Part shown: piece by piece, positions 49,349 through 62,500 of the stretch
Position numbering within the stretch: position 1 is the first letter of the stretch
How the letters are laid out: every line of letters starts with the position of its first letter
Assembly: GCA_951406725.2 (NCBI GenBank)
Contig: OX597841.1
Location: 22,940,001-23,004,000 of the forward strand
Reading direction: 5' to 3'
Source of the DNA: Octopus vulgaris
Lineage: Eukaryota
DNA: 64,000 bases
Notes under the pieces: model-generated
Told to the model about the DNA's origin: nothing
The model's input: the letters and a program-made list of their open reading frames with translations, nothing else
Database searches by the model: none
Program-made: the position numbers and the translations under genes

Positions 49349-51113
49349 AATATGTTACAAAAAGAAAATAGAGACTACACATGGTAATGTAAGGGGAAAG
49401 TAAGAAAATTAGACAAAAAAAACACATTGGAAATCAAAAAAAGTTAAGGCTTTTTATGCAAAGTGACGAAAGATATATACAATTAGATGTTTTGTGTTTA
49501 ACCTCTTGTGGGTAGTAAAGAAATGGGTATCTTTTAGGAACTTTTCATTGCATGGGTAGCCCCAAAGGAGAAAAGTCAAGTTGATAAATCATTTTTTCTG
49601 CTTCATCGAACAGCTCCTGAAATTTTTCTTCGCTGCATATAGCTCCCCACCTTCACCAGTTTGACATTATGCAACATGCTACCCATATTGACAATGGTAC
49701 TTTGAAAAGATCTGCTGAATCCTTCAAGGAATTGAAATAGTGAAACTACAAATTGCAGTCCAAGAATACAGTTGCCCATAGAGTGACATGTAAGAATACC
49801 ATTAGTTCTGGATGTAATGTTGGTGCCAAACTCATTGGTTGCTTCTTGTAAAGAAATGAGGACATCTGAATAATTTTGAAGGTCTTTGACTGGAGAAATT
49901 CGTTAGCCATCGAGTAGGATAAAGGCTTTAAGGGGCATGGTGATGATACTTCCTTTTTTTCATCATGTGATAAATATGTGTGCTTAAATTTCCCTTATGT
50001 ACTATATAGTTATTTCTTTACTACCCACAAGGGGCTAAACACAGAGAGGACAGACAAACGGATTAAGTCGATTATATCGACCCCAGTGCATAACTGGTAC
50101 TTAATTTATCGACCCCGAAAGGATGAAAGGCAAAGTCGACCTCGGCGGAATTTGAACTCAGAACGTAGCGGTAGGCGAAATACCACTAAGCATTTCGCCC
50201 GGCGTGCTAACGATTCTGCCAGCTAGCTGCCTTCCCAGTTCCTAAAAGATACCAGGAAGGAAATGCATTAAAATATCAACACTGCACTGTTTTGGATCAT
50301 TAGAAAGAGCAGTACTTGTAGGTAGTGGATACTGCAATAGCAAATTTGAAAGATAATTTCTTTTCGGGATTTAGCAGATTATGAAAAACTGAGCAATATT
50401 TTACTCAATGGAAATTTTGTGCTGAAGTGATCATGCAGTATTCAGAGCTTGATGAATTTCCTTTAACCCTTTCGTTACCAACCAGGCTGAAACCGCCTCT
50501 GGTTCTGTAGTACAAATGTCTTGTTTTCGTAAGTTTTGAATTAAAATCTTCCACCAAACCTTAGTCACAATTACTAGCTTAATTACTAACACTAGCTTAA
50601 TGATAACCAAGTTATTTTACTAAATTCTTTGTTGTATCTAAAATAATTGAGAGAAACATAGAGCATCTCAAAATAAATATAGTAATGAAAGGGTTAAGGA
50701 ATGAAATAGTTTTTTATAGAAATCATCATAGTGGATCATCTCTCAAGGATCATTGTAAAATATTTGGTGAAATGCAACCAGAAGACCATCGCATGTTTCC
50801 AAATGTTGAGCGGTTGCTCAGTCTACTTTTTTTATTCCTTCTCGAGCCATTCCTGGCTCATAAGGGCCGGTTTCCCGTTTCCTTGGCGTATAGGTTCTCC
50901 ACCTGGATGGGACGCCGGTCCGTTGCAGGTGAGCTGCAAGATGCAGGAGGAAAGAGTGGGAGAAAGTTGTGGCAAAAGAGTCACCAGAAATTCGCAAAGA
51001 GCTTAGGTGTTTCACTCATAAACACACACATTGCCCGGTCTGAGATTCGAACCCGCGATCCTTCAACCCCGAGTCCGCTGCTCTAACCACTAGGCCATGT
51101 GCCTCCACTCAGT

Positions 51114-52322
51114 CTACTTATAGTGTGTCCAACCAGTTCTTGTGAGGATGAAAGATCTTTTAGGGCACTGCAATAGCACTGTGTACTTTTGGTGAATAAC
51201 AAGACTTGTTCTCCCAGAAAACATATTCCCACACGTTTTACACATGAAGCGTTTATTATCCCCAGTATGAATCCTTTTGTGAACTATAAGATTAGAACTA
51301 TCAGAGAAACATTTCCCACACGTCTCACAATGGTAGGGTTTCTCCCCGCTATGGATTCGTTTGTGTCTCTTCAAATGACAATTATTTTTAAATGACTCCC
51401 CACATGTTTCACAACGATAGGGCCTTTCTCCTGTGTGTACCCGCCTGTGTGTTGCTAAGTTACCATGAGAAGCGAAATATTTATCACATATTTCACAATG
51501 ATAGGGTTTTTCTCCAGAGTGTCTCCTTTGGTGAACCACAAGACTGGAATTCGTATTGAACGATTCGCCACATATTTTACAGCAGAATGGTTTCTCTCCA
51601 CTATGAATCCTCCTGTGTGATTTTAAAACGCTTTTAACATTAAACGATTTGCCACAGAGATCACAGGTGAAGGGTTTCTCCCCCGTATGTACCCTCACGT
51701 GGTTTGTTAAATCAGATTTGATCACAAAACTTTTCCCGCATATATCACAGTGAAAAGGCCTTTCTCCGCTGTGTAGTCTTTGATGAGCTACAAGAGTAAA
51801 ACGATGACAGAAAGATTTACCACACATTTCACAGTGATACCGTTTTTCTCCCGTGTGGATTCTAACGTGAACTACAAGATCATATTCTTCAAAGAATGTT
51901 TTCTCACACGTTTCACAACGAAATTTTTTTTCTGCGGAATGTATTCGTTTGTGCTTTGTTAAATAACGTTTACAGACGAATGATTTCTCACATAATTCAC
52001 ACTGATGTGGTTTTTCTTCACTGTGTAATTTTTTATGATTTGTTAAATTACTATTAGTAGCAAAATCTTTCTCACACGTTTCACATCGATATAGTTTTTC
52101 TGTTTTGTGTATTTCTTTGTGCGTTAAAACTTCCTGTTCTGAAGAGAATGTTTTCCTACAAATCTCACAGCGATATTCAGGAATATTTTTTTTATCTAAT
52201 AATCTTTCTTTAGATTCATTAATTAAAGGCTTTTCGTCGCTGAATGTCCGTGTAACTGTTTCTGTATCAGTCTGAACAGTCGGGTTAGAAGTGTTCAACT
52301 GATTAATGTCCTGCATTTTCAT
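51114..52322 (-). CDS. C2H2 zinc-finger protein ZF7, 11 intact fingers plus a frameshifted 12th, 402 aa
   Basis: Open ORF. A 1-bp shorter T run at ~51187-51190 relative to ZF6 turns [11 protein letters not shown] into HQKYTVLL... Confidence 0.88.
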   Translation of the reverse strand: MKMQDINQLNTSNPTVQTDTETVTRTFSDEKPLINESKERLLDKKNIPEYRCEICRKTFSSEQEVLTHKEIHKTEKLYRCETCEKDFATNSNLTNHKKLHSEEKPHQCELCEKSFVCKRYLTKHKRIHSAEKKFRCETCEKTFFEEYDLVVHVRIHTGEKRYHCEMCGKSFCHRFTLVAHQRLHSGERPFHCDICGKSFVIKSDLTNHVRVHTGEKPFTCDLCGKSFNVKSVLKSHRRIHSGEKPFCCKICGESFNTNSSLVVHQRRHSGEKPYHCEICDKYFASHGNLATHRRVHTGERPYRCETCGESFKNNCHLKRHKRIHSGEKPYHCETCGKCFSDSSNLIVHKRIHTGDNKRFMCKTCGNMFSGRTSLVIHQKYTVLLQCPKRSFILTRTGWTHYK

Positions 52323-53089
52323 TCTTCAGAATTCAGGAATATATTAATATATAACGATCCAGTTCCTTGTCTTGAATATCATAAGAATTTTGATAACGTT
52401 TGTGGAAAATATGCAATGCAGATATATATTCTATTCGCTACGAAAATGCAGATTGTCAACTGGGTCGTCTCTTTTCTCCTTTAAGAGATTTGGATATAGT
52501 TTAATAAAGGCAAAAACGATTTTAGAGAGAGATCATAAATGACAGGTAACAGAACTTCAGGTGAACATTTTGTTTTTTCTCACAGCTTATAACAAAACAA
52601 TCCCTTAGCATAACAGTAAATCATTGAAAGACAGGGCGATGCAATTTTCCATTAACGATTGTAAGGTGCGCGCAATGATATTCCGAATGAGTTACAAACA
52701 ATCGACGATGTAACTTCATTTATGATGGAGGTGATAGAACACTGACCCTGAAACATGTAGGCAATCGGATGTCATCCACAAACATTAATGTGTCCTCGTA
52801 ATATAATTATTACACATTATAACAATTAAATTGCCGAAACGATGGATATATCGGTGACATAGGCTAGAAGTCCCCAACAAAATTTAGTACATTCAGAAAT
52901 GCCATTCTTTCAAATGATCCAACCCGTCGTTGGCGTTGCTACGGTATAAGTATCGGTGTACTTCTGTTGTTAATCAAAAGGCATTTGCCAGCAAAATAAT
53001 TACTTATCAACGAAATAGTCTCTTCGTGCTCCCTCAGCCTGCGAAAAATAGCCACCGAATTTGCCTCAAATCCAAAGCAATGTTTTTGT

Positions 53090-56000
53090 TTGGTGTTATT
53101 CCATGTATGTGAAACAAAAACAACATTTTGTTTAATAACTTACATAAAAACCATTAAACTAAAAGAAACATTAATTGGGCCGTTAAGTTTGTTTTCACTT
53201 TTAAACACGTAGATTTTTAGCTTTGGATTCATGATTTGAGGCAAATTCGGTGGCTATTTTTCGCAGGCTGAAGGAGCACGAAGAGACTATTTCGTTGATA
53301 AGAAATAACTATTTTGCTGGCAAATACCTTTTAATTAACAACGGGTTGGTCATTTGAAAGAATGGCATTTCTGAATGTACTAATTTTTGTTGGGGACTTT
53401 TAACCTATGTCACCGATATATCCATCGTTTCGGCAATTTAATTGTTATAATGTGTAATAATTATATTACGAGGACACATTAATGTTTGTGGACGACATCC
53501 GATTGCCTACATGTTTCAGGGTCAGTGTTCTATCACCTTCATCATTAATTAATTCCATCATAAATGAAGTTACATCGTCGATTGTTTGTAACTCATTTTA
53601 AATATCATTGCGCGCACCTTACAATCGTTAATGGAAAATTGCATCGCCCTGTCTTTCAATGATTTACTGTTATGCTAAGGGATTGTTTTGTTATAAGCTG
53701 CGAGAAAAAACAAAATGTTCACCTGAAGTTGTGTTACCTGTCATTTATGATCTCTCTCTAAAATCGTTTTTGCCTTTATTAAACTATATCCACATCTCTT
53801 AAAGGAGAAAGGAGACGACCCAGTTGACAATCTGCATTTTCGTAGCGAATAGAATATATATCTGCATTGCATATTTTCCACAAACGTTATCAAAATTCTT
53901 ATGATATTCAAGACAAGGAACTGGATCGTTATATATTAATATATTCCTGAATTCTGAAGAATGAAAATGCAGGACATTAATCGGTTGAACACTTCTAACC
54001 CGACTGTTCAGACCGATACAGAAACAGTTACACGGACATTCAGCGACGAAAAGTCTTTAATTAATGAATCTAAAGAAATGTTATTAGATAAAAGGAATAT
54101 TCTTGAATATCGCTGTGAGATTTGTAGGAAAACATTCTCTTCAGAACAGGAAGTTTTAACGCACAGAGAAATACACAAAACAGAGAAACTATATCGATGT
54201 GAAACGTGTGAGAAATATTTTGCTACTAAGCATGCTTTAAGAAAACACAAAAAATTACACAGTGAAGAAAAACCATATCAGTGTGGATTATGTGAGAAAT
54301 CATTCGTCTGTAAAAGTTATTTAACAAAGCACAAACGAATACATACGGCAGAAAAAAAGTATCGTTGTGAAACGTGTGAGAAAACATTCTTCGATGAATA
54401 TGATCTTGTAGTTCACGTTAGAATTCATACGGGAGAAAAAAACTATCGTTGTGAAACTTGTGAGAAGTCATTCAGTCATCGTTTTACTCTGGAAGCTCAT
54501 CAAAGAATCCACACCGGTGAAAAACAGTATCGTTGTGAAACTTGTGGTAAATCATTCTATCAACGTTCTACTCTTGTAGCTCATCGACGAATACACAGTG
54601 GGGAAAGGCCTTTTCACTGTGATATATGTGGGAAAACTTTTGTGGTCAAATCTGATTTAACAAACCACGTGAGGGTACATACGGGAGAGAAACCCTTCAC
54701 CTGTGATCTCTGTGGCAAATCGTTTCATGTTAAAAGCGGTTTAAAATTACACAGGAGGATTCATAGTGGAGAAAAACCCTACACCTGTGATCTCTGTGGC
54801 AAATCTTTTACCGTTAGCAGCCACTTAAAATCACACATGAGGACTCATACTGGAGAACGACCATTCTGCTGTAAAACGTGTGGGAAATCTTTCAGTGAGA
54901 ATTCCAGTCTTGTAGATCACCAACGGAAACATACTGGGGAAAAACCTTATCGGTGTGAAATATGTGATAAGTATTTCGCTTCTAATAGTAACTTAAGAGA
55001 TCACCGGCGCATACACACAGGAGAAAGGCCCTATCGTTGTGAGACGTGTGGGCAGTCGTTTCTAACTAATTCTAAATTGGAGAGACACAAACGAATCCAT
55101 AGTGGGGAGAAACCCTACCATTGTGAGACATGTGGGAAACGGTTCTCTGATAGTTCTAATCTTGCAGGTCACAAAAGGACACATATCGGGGATAAACGCT
55201 TCATGTGTAAAACATGTGGTGATTCGTTTCCTGGGAGATCAAGTCTTGCTATTCACCAAAGAATACACAGGGCAATAAAACCATGAAACTTTGAAATCTG
55301 TGGAAAATATTTTCGATCAGAAAATGATTAAAAAAAGCACTTAGGAATCCACGCTTGAGAAAAACCGTTCTAGTGTTCATATACACAGTGACATTAGAGA
55401 AAGGCATTTTCACTGCGAAATCTTTTAGCACTAATGGTCCCTTAGAAAGACCAACAAATACACACAAGCGAAAATTGTTTTAACAGACAAATGTAAGAAA
55501 ATTTCTTACGGTACCCCAACATTGAAGAATATTCATTGTGGGCATGTGTTGTAAGAATCAATCTTTTACAGATTTTATCTGAGAAAAAAAGCCTGTATCT
55601 TAATCCTTTAGCACTCACACCTGACATCTACATCAGCTACGTGATTGTTTACTTTTAGAATGAGATTGTAGGGTAGGTGTGAGAAGAAGGAGTTTGCTGG
55701 TTTCAACATAAAGACGGATACAGCTAGTGTAACCCGCTAGCTTTCAGATTCCTTGTCAAATTTAATGCTTATTTATTCGCATAGTTTTCAATTAATCCTG
55801 CATTATCTCAGAGCTTTGAAATTTTGATGATGTGATTGTATATTTTTACTATGACATTGCAGGGTAGGTGTGAGAGGTCAAATCTGGCCTGTTTGAGCAT
55901 AGAACAAGTAGAATATTTGGGCAGGCCAGATATGGCCAGTTTAAGTGCTGAAGGGTTAAAGTGTTTGGGAAATCCATTACTGTGAATTACAATGAGATCC

Positions 56001-59000
56001 CTTGTTAATCCTGATTAGATTAGTACAGGGGTTAATGAGAAAAATGCAAGGGTAAAACATTTGTCTATAAAATTTGTGGAAAATTATACATTCAAAAACC
56101 ATGTTAATCATAAGCAAATATGTCCAGAAGTGGTAAGTAGCTTGTTTACCAACCACATGGTTCCGGGTTCAGTCCCACTGCATGGCATCTTGGGCAAGTG
56201 TCTTCTACTATAGCCTCGGGCCGACCAATGCCTTGTGAGTGGATTTGGTAGACGGAAACTGAAAGAAGCCCGTCGTATATATGTATATATATATATATGC
56301 GTGAGTGTGTTTGTGTGTCTGTGTTTGTCCTCCTAGCATTGCTTGACAACCAATGCTGGTGTGTTTATGTCCCCGTTACTTAGCAGTTCGGCAAAAGAGA
56401 CCGATAGAATAAGTACTGGGCTTACAAAAGAATAAGTCCCAGGGTCGAGTTGCTCGATTAAAAAGGCGGTGCTCCAGCATGGCCGCAGTCAAATGACTGA
56501 AACAAGTTAAAGAGTAATATTCTTTGCAAATCTTTTAGCATTAATGGTCCCTTAAAAAGACAAATACATACAAAAGGAAAATCTTTTCATAGCTGAATGC
56601 AAGGAAATTTCTTACACAACTTCAGTCACTCACTCACACTCTTAGCTGCACTCACCTGGCTCTTGTACTTACATATATCTTCATCAGTTATTCCTTCATA
56701 GTATTTTTACAATTATACTCTGGCCTAACGCTTAACCAACATTTTTAATCTTGCATCACCCATTTTTTAACACATGCTCCTTTATACAATTCACATTTGC
56801 CGTTCCTGTGCCATTCTTATCATCATCATCATCATCATTTAACATCTGCTTCCCATGATTGCATGGGTTAGACGGTTTGACAGGAGCTGGCTAGTGAGAA
56901 GACTGCACCAAGCCTCAGTGTCTGTTTTGGCATGGTTTTTTTTACAGCTGGATGTCCTGCCTAACACCAACCACTCTGCAGAGCGGTTTCCATTTACTAC
57001 GAACATACATTTCACTGGTAGGAGAGTCATGAGGTGGGAATATTTAGCAATCAGATCTTTACATCCAATCTCCATCATTCACTAGAATATTATTTACATG
57101 ATAAAAAAGCTAAACTAATCTCGACTTTGTGTGAAATAGACTCCAGGAATAATTTCATCTTTTGGCAAGCTTCTTTCTGAGCCTAACCATCAATATAAAT
57201 GCAGCACGACCACTTGACAGAGAGCATTGGGTTAGAGGAGAGAGAACAGTGAAAGACAGCAGAGATGAGGCAATGAGTATCCATAGACAGATGCTGACAA
57301 CATCCACAATGAACGATCAGCAACAACAACACCACGACTCTCATTTCACTTTCTCACGGGCATGGCCGTGTGGTTAGGGAGCTTGCTTCCTAGTTACATG
57401 GTTTCGGGTTCAGTCCCACTGCGTGGCACTCTGGGTAGGTGTCTTCCACTATAGCCTCGAGCCGACCGGAGCTTTGTGATTGAATTCGGTAGGTGGAAGT
57501 TGCTGCCGTGTGTGTACATGTACGTGTAGGTGCTTGTGCCTCTCCGAAAGAGAGAGAGGGTAACAATAACATTTCAACTCTTTTGACATTCTGTCATTCA
57601 TAGCACAGACATTGCTTATATTTTTGTGTAGGAAAAGAATAAAATTTTGTCTATCAAAAATTGCAATGGATTCAGTATTCTTTATACATCATCATCTTAA
57701 TTATTGTCCTTTAACATAGGCATAGGAGTGGCTGTGTGGTTAGTAGCTTGCTTACCAACCACATGGATCCGGGTTCAGTCCCACTGCGGGGCACTTTGGG
57801 CAAGTGTCTTCTACTATAGCCTCGGGCTGACCAAAGCCTTGTGAGTGGATTTGGTAGATGGAAACTGAAAGAAGCCCGTCGTATATATATATATATATAT
57901 GGCTGTGTTTGTGCCCCTAGCATTGCTTGACAACCGATGCTGGTGTGTTTATGTCCCTGTCACTTTGCGGTTCGGCAAAAGAGGCCGATAGAAAGAATAA
58001 TTCCCGGGGTCGAGTTGCTCGACTAAAGGTGGTGCTCCAGCATGGCCGCAGTCAAATGACTGAAACAAGTAAAAGATGAAGATCTGTTTTCCATGCTGGC
58101 ATGGGTCGGATTGGTTGGCTGAAGCTAGAGAGCTGCATCAGGTCCCACTCTGATTTGCCTTGGTTTCTATGGTTGGATGCCCTTCCTAATGCCAACCACT
58201 TCACAAAGTGTATTGGGTGCTTTTAATGTGGCAATGGCATGAACACGTTTACATGGCACCAGCACAGGACTGTTGCAGGAAAATCCTTTTCACCAGGCAA
58301 TGGTGGCTCATTGATAAAATCACGAGGGTTGCTGCTTCAGAGAATTTTTAGCCGTTGGTTTAATATGGTAACAAAAGAGTTAATACCAAATTACTTAAAT
58401 ATGAGACTTTTATACAAAACTGAGTTGAACTAGTTTTAATCTTTGATTTAACTCTTTAGCATTCACATAATTCTTTCAAAAGTAATGCTTATTCATCCAC
58501 ATTGTTTTGTATTAATCCTGCATATCCTGAGATTTTCATGAGGAAACTAAATTTTTAGAAAGATATTGTATGATAGGTATGAGAGGCCAGACCTGACCAG
58601 TTTGAACATAAACTAAGAAGAATGTTTTGGCTAGATACGTCCAGTTTAATTGCTAAATGATTTAATCTTACGTTTATATATTTGTTGTGCAAGATTTTTT
58701 TATGTGAAATCGTGTGTTGAAACAGATATTGTTGTAGAAGAAGCACTCCGTCGAGGGTTCCGGTTGATCCGAATCAACGGAACAGCCTGCTCGTGAAATT
58801 AACGTGTAAGTGGCTGAGCACTCCACAGACACGTGTACCCTTAACGCAGTTCTCGGGGCTATTCAGCGTGATACAGAGAGTGACAAGGCCGGCCCTTTGA
58901 AGTACAGGTACAACAGAAACAGGAAGAAAGAGTGAGAGAAAGTTGTGGTGAAAGAGTACAGCAGGGTTCGCCACCCCACAACCTGCCGGAGCCTCGTGGA

Positions 59001-59471
59001 GCTTTAGGTGTTTTCGCTCAATAAACACTCACAACGCCCAGTCTGGGAATCAAAACCGCGAGTCCGCTGCCCTAATCACTGGGCCATTGCGCCTCCAGAT
59101 ATTGTTGTATTTCGGAATGGTCATGTTGCCAGTTTAGCCAATAAAAACACACACCCTCCAGCTTCTTGCTAGCCTGTTTATTAATCGTATTAATCAGTTT
59201 TGTACATATTTTTATATTTTAGTATAAAATATGTAAAATTTGTACACCCACATTATATTAATTTAACATAGAATAACGAAAGAGCTACTTTAAAAGGTAT
59301 ATGCTTAACTATACTTTAAACTGGCAGATTTATGAAACATGCCATGTACCTCCAAGCAATCTTTCGGGTTCTGTTCGTAGTTTTCTTAATACCAGGACGC
59401 TGAGAAAGTGAAGAAAAAAAAAGCCTCTTTGAGTCGGTGACTGATATTGTTTACCAATACCGAAAAATTGC
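53090..59471 (+). repeat. Inverted copy of one whole tandem gene unit (ZF8 unit)
   Basis: 53090-55400 is the reverse complement of ~29770-31980, and 57175-59475 is the reverse complement of ~31981-34105. Confidence 0.85.
53961..55286 (+). CDS. C2H2 zinc-finger protein ZF8, 14 fingers, 441 aa, inverted relative to the cluster
   Basis: Intact ORF with the same leader as ZF4-ZF7, 28 aa longer than ZF4. Confidence 0.93.
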   Translation: MKMQDINRLNTSNPTVQTDTETVTRTFSDEKSLINESKEMLLDKRNILEYRCEICRKTFSSEQEVLTHREIHKTEKLYRCETCEKYFATKHALRKHKKLHSEEKPYQCGLCEKSFVCKSYLTKHKRIHTAEKKYRCETCEKTFFDEYDLVVHVRIHTGEKNYRCETCEKSFSHRFTLEAHQRIHTGEKQYRCETCGKSFYQRSTLVAHRRIHSGERPFHCDICGKTFVVKSDLTNHVRVHTGEKPFTCDLCGKSFHVKSGLKLHRRIHSGEKPYTCDLCGKSFTVSSHLKSHMRTHTGERPFCCKTCGKSFSENSSLVDHQRKHTGEKPYRCEICDKYFASNSNLRDHRRIHTGERPYRCETCGQSFLTNSKLERHKRIHSGEKPYHCETCGKRFSDSSNLAGHKRTHIGDKRFMCKTCGDSFPGRSSLAIHQRIHRAIKP

Positions 59472-59511
59472 CATGGCAATCTTTCGGTAGTGGTAAATGA
59501 TATCAGTCACC
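59436..59511. repeat. Spacer-less palindrome, 38 bp arms with 4 mismatches, at the inversion junction
   Basis: GGTGACTGATATTGTTTACCAATACCGAAAAATTGCCA|TGGCAATCTTTCGGTAGTGGTAAATGATATCAGTCACC, centred at 59473/59474. Confidence 0.9.
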
Positions 59512-62500
59512 CACACAATCATCCCGCATGATACAAAGAGGGTAGTCTGAAAAACAGGGTAAATGACGTTGTCTCCTCATGCCTCAGTCTGTATACCAGT
59601 AACTAAGGATCGCCAAAAACATTACATACATTGTTTACATCTAATGTATAATTACAGTTTCTACAAGGAATGAGGACACTCTTGGTTTCTTATTCTTTCC
59701 CTTAAATTCGTTCCACTTTTTGCATCAACCTTTTAATTGTTTTTTGCGTTTTTTTTCCTGTTTTTGTTTCTTCTTCACTTTTTCAGCATCCAGCTTCCTG
59801 GTACTAAAAAAAAAAAAAAAACGTACGAACAGAGCTCGAAAGATTGCTTGGCGATACATGGCATGTTTTTATAAATCTGCCAGTATCGTTAAGCACGTAC
59901 GTTTTAGTAGCTCTTTCATAATTGTTTCTTAAAATCGATATAACGTGTGTGTGCAAATGTTATATACTTTATACGAATAGATAAAAAAATCGTATCTTTT
60001 CCATCTCAGGCACAGATTAGATCCAAATCCGCTGTACAAAACTGATTAATACGATTTAAACTATTTAGCAATTAAACTGGAGGTATCTGGCCAAACATTC
60101 TTCTTAGTTTATGTTCCGCCTGGTCAGATCTGGCCTCTCATACCTATCATACAATATCTTTCTAAAAATTAAGTTTCCTCATCAAAATCTCAAAGCTAGA
60201 AGATATGCTTGATTAGTACAAAACGATGTGGATGAATAAGCATTACTTTTGAAAGAATTATGTGAATAAAGATTTAAATCAATAATTAAAACTTGATCAA
60301 CTCCGTTTTGTGTAAAAGTTTAATATTTAAGTAATCTGGTATTATCCCTTTTGTTACCATATTTCTGTTGAAATACACAGTTAATGCTTCAGTTAGTTTT
60401 GACAACAGTAAAGAATTTATTAAAAACAGTCAAAACTATATGCGCAGGAGTGGTTGTGTGGTAAGTAGCTTGCCACATGGTTCCGGGTTCAGTCCCACTG
60501 CGTGGCATCTTGGGCAAGTGTCTTCTTCTATAGCCCCGGGCCGACCAACGCCTTGTGAGTGGATTTGGTAGACAGAAACTGAAAGAAGCCCGTCGTATAT
60601 ATGTATATATATATGCGTTTGTGTGTCTGTGTTTGTCCCCCTAGCATTGCTTGACAACCGATGCTGGTGTGTTTACGTCCCCATCACTTAGCGGTTCGGC
60701 AAAAGAGACCGATAGAATAAGTACTGGGCTTACAAAGAATAAGTCCCGGGGTCGATTTGCTCGACTAAAGGCGGTGCTCCAGCATGGCCGCAGTCAAATG
60801 ACTGAAACAAGTAAAAGAGAGTAAAGAGTATATGCAATAACCAGATGTAAGCACCTTGTCTATATATACAGCATTATTTTTGGACAGAAAAATAAGGTGG
60901 CGAGCTGTCAGAATCGTTAGCACAGTGGGCAAAAAAATTTTTGCATTTCATCCGTCCTTATGTTTCGAGTACAAATGCCCCCCGATGTCACCCTAGTCTT
61001 TCGTACTTTCCGGGTCGATGAAATGTGTATCTCAGTTATCTATCTATCTGTCTGTCCTTCTGTCTCTCTATCCAACCATCCTCTTCGGAGTGTTTCACCA
61101 TGCACACACACATCGCGTATATATAATCGCTTTCCAAGGCAACGACGAAAGCAAACAGTAACTTGTACCTAATGTAGAAAGGGTTGTTATTATTATTAAG
61201 GTAGCGAGCTAGGTAGAATCGTTAGCAACCTGGACGAAATTCTTAGCGGTATTTCGCTCGTCGCTATGGTCTGACTTCAAATTAATTCGAGGTCAACTTT
61301 ACCTTTCGTCCTTTCAGGGTCGATAAATTAAGCACCAGTCAATTACTGGGGTGGATGTAATCGGCTTATCCCCTCCCGACAAATTTCAGACCCCGTGCCT
61401 ATAGTAGGAAGGATTATTATTAAGGCGACGAGCTGGCAGAAACGTTAGCACGCTGGACGAGATGCGTAGCCGTATTTCGTCTGCCGTTATGTTGTGAGTT
61501 CAAATTCCGCCGAGGTCGACTTTGCCTTTCATCCTTTCGGGGTCGATAAATTAAATACCAGTTACGCAATGGGGGTCGATGTAATCGACTTAATACCTAT
61601 GTCTGTCCTTGATTGTCCCCTCTGTGTTTAGCCCCTTGAGGGTAATAAAGAAATAGGTATTTCGGAATGTTTTCGGTTTGAACGGCAGTTTTTTCTAGCG
61701 GTGTCATATGAAATTGTCACCCATAATTATGACCCTAGTATCGATCTATTGCATTTCTATCTGTTTTAGGGTTAGGGTGGGGAAGGGTATCTTTTTTTTT
61801 TTCACAAATGTAAATAAACCCAATCTGTTTCTTAAACGAGGGACATATTCATACGGCACAGAATGTTTTCACCCCAATAGACGTCATTGATTGGTTGAAA
61901 TTGCAGAAAAAAAACAACAAATGTCTTACAAACTATAGAATTTTCTCAATAAAGCCAAGAGAAAAAGATGTTTTATAAACACATTCTACCAGTATACGAA
62001 GTTTAAAAGTGTTTAGTTACGTGGAAATTATTTAAAAAAACTGCCGTTCAAACCGAAAAGATCCCGACTCAATCCTAAAATAAAATGGTGAGAGTTATTT
62101 TGAACATTGTGTCATTATTTTATCTGTCACTTGTTTCGGTCCTTTGACTGCAGACCATGCTTGGGTACCGCTTTGAGAAGTTCTTCGTCGAATGAAACGA
62201 CCCCAGTACTTGTCTTTTTAAGCCTAGTACCCATTCTAACGGTTTCTTTTACCGTTTGCCGAACCGCCAAAAAAACAACAAATATCTTACAAACTATAGT
62301 ATTTTCTCAATAAAGCCAAGAGAAAAAGATGTTTTATGTAACACATTCTACCAGTATACGAAGTTTTAAAGTTTCTTAGTTACGTGGAAATTATTTTAAA
62401 AAAAACTGCCGTTCAAACCGAAAAGATCCCGGAATTGTTTTATAAAGGAGAATATTGGTGGAAGAGAGACAAGACACAGAAAAGCGGTTTGGAAGCTGAA

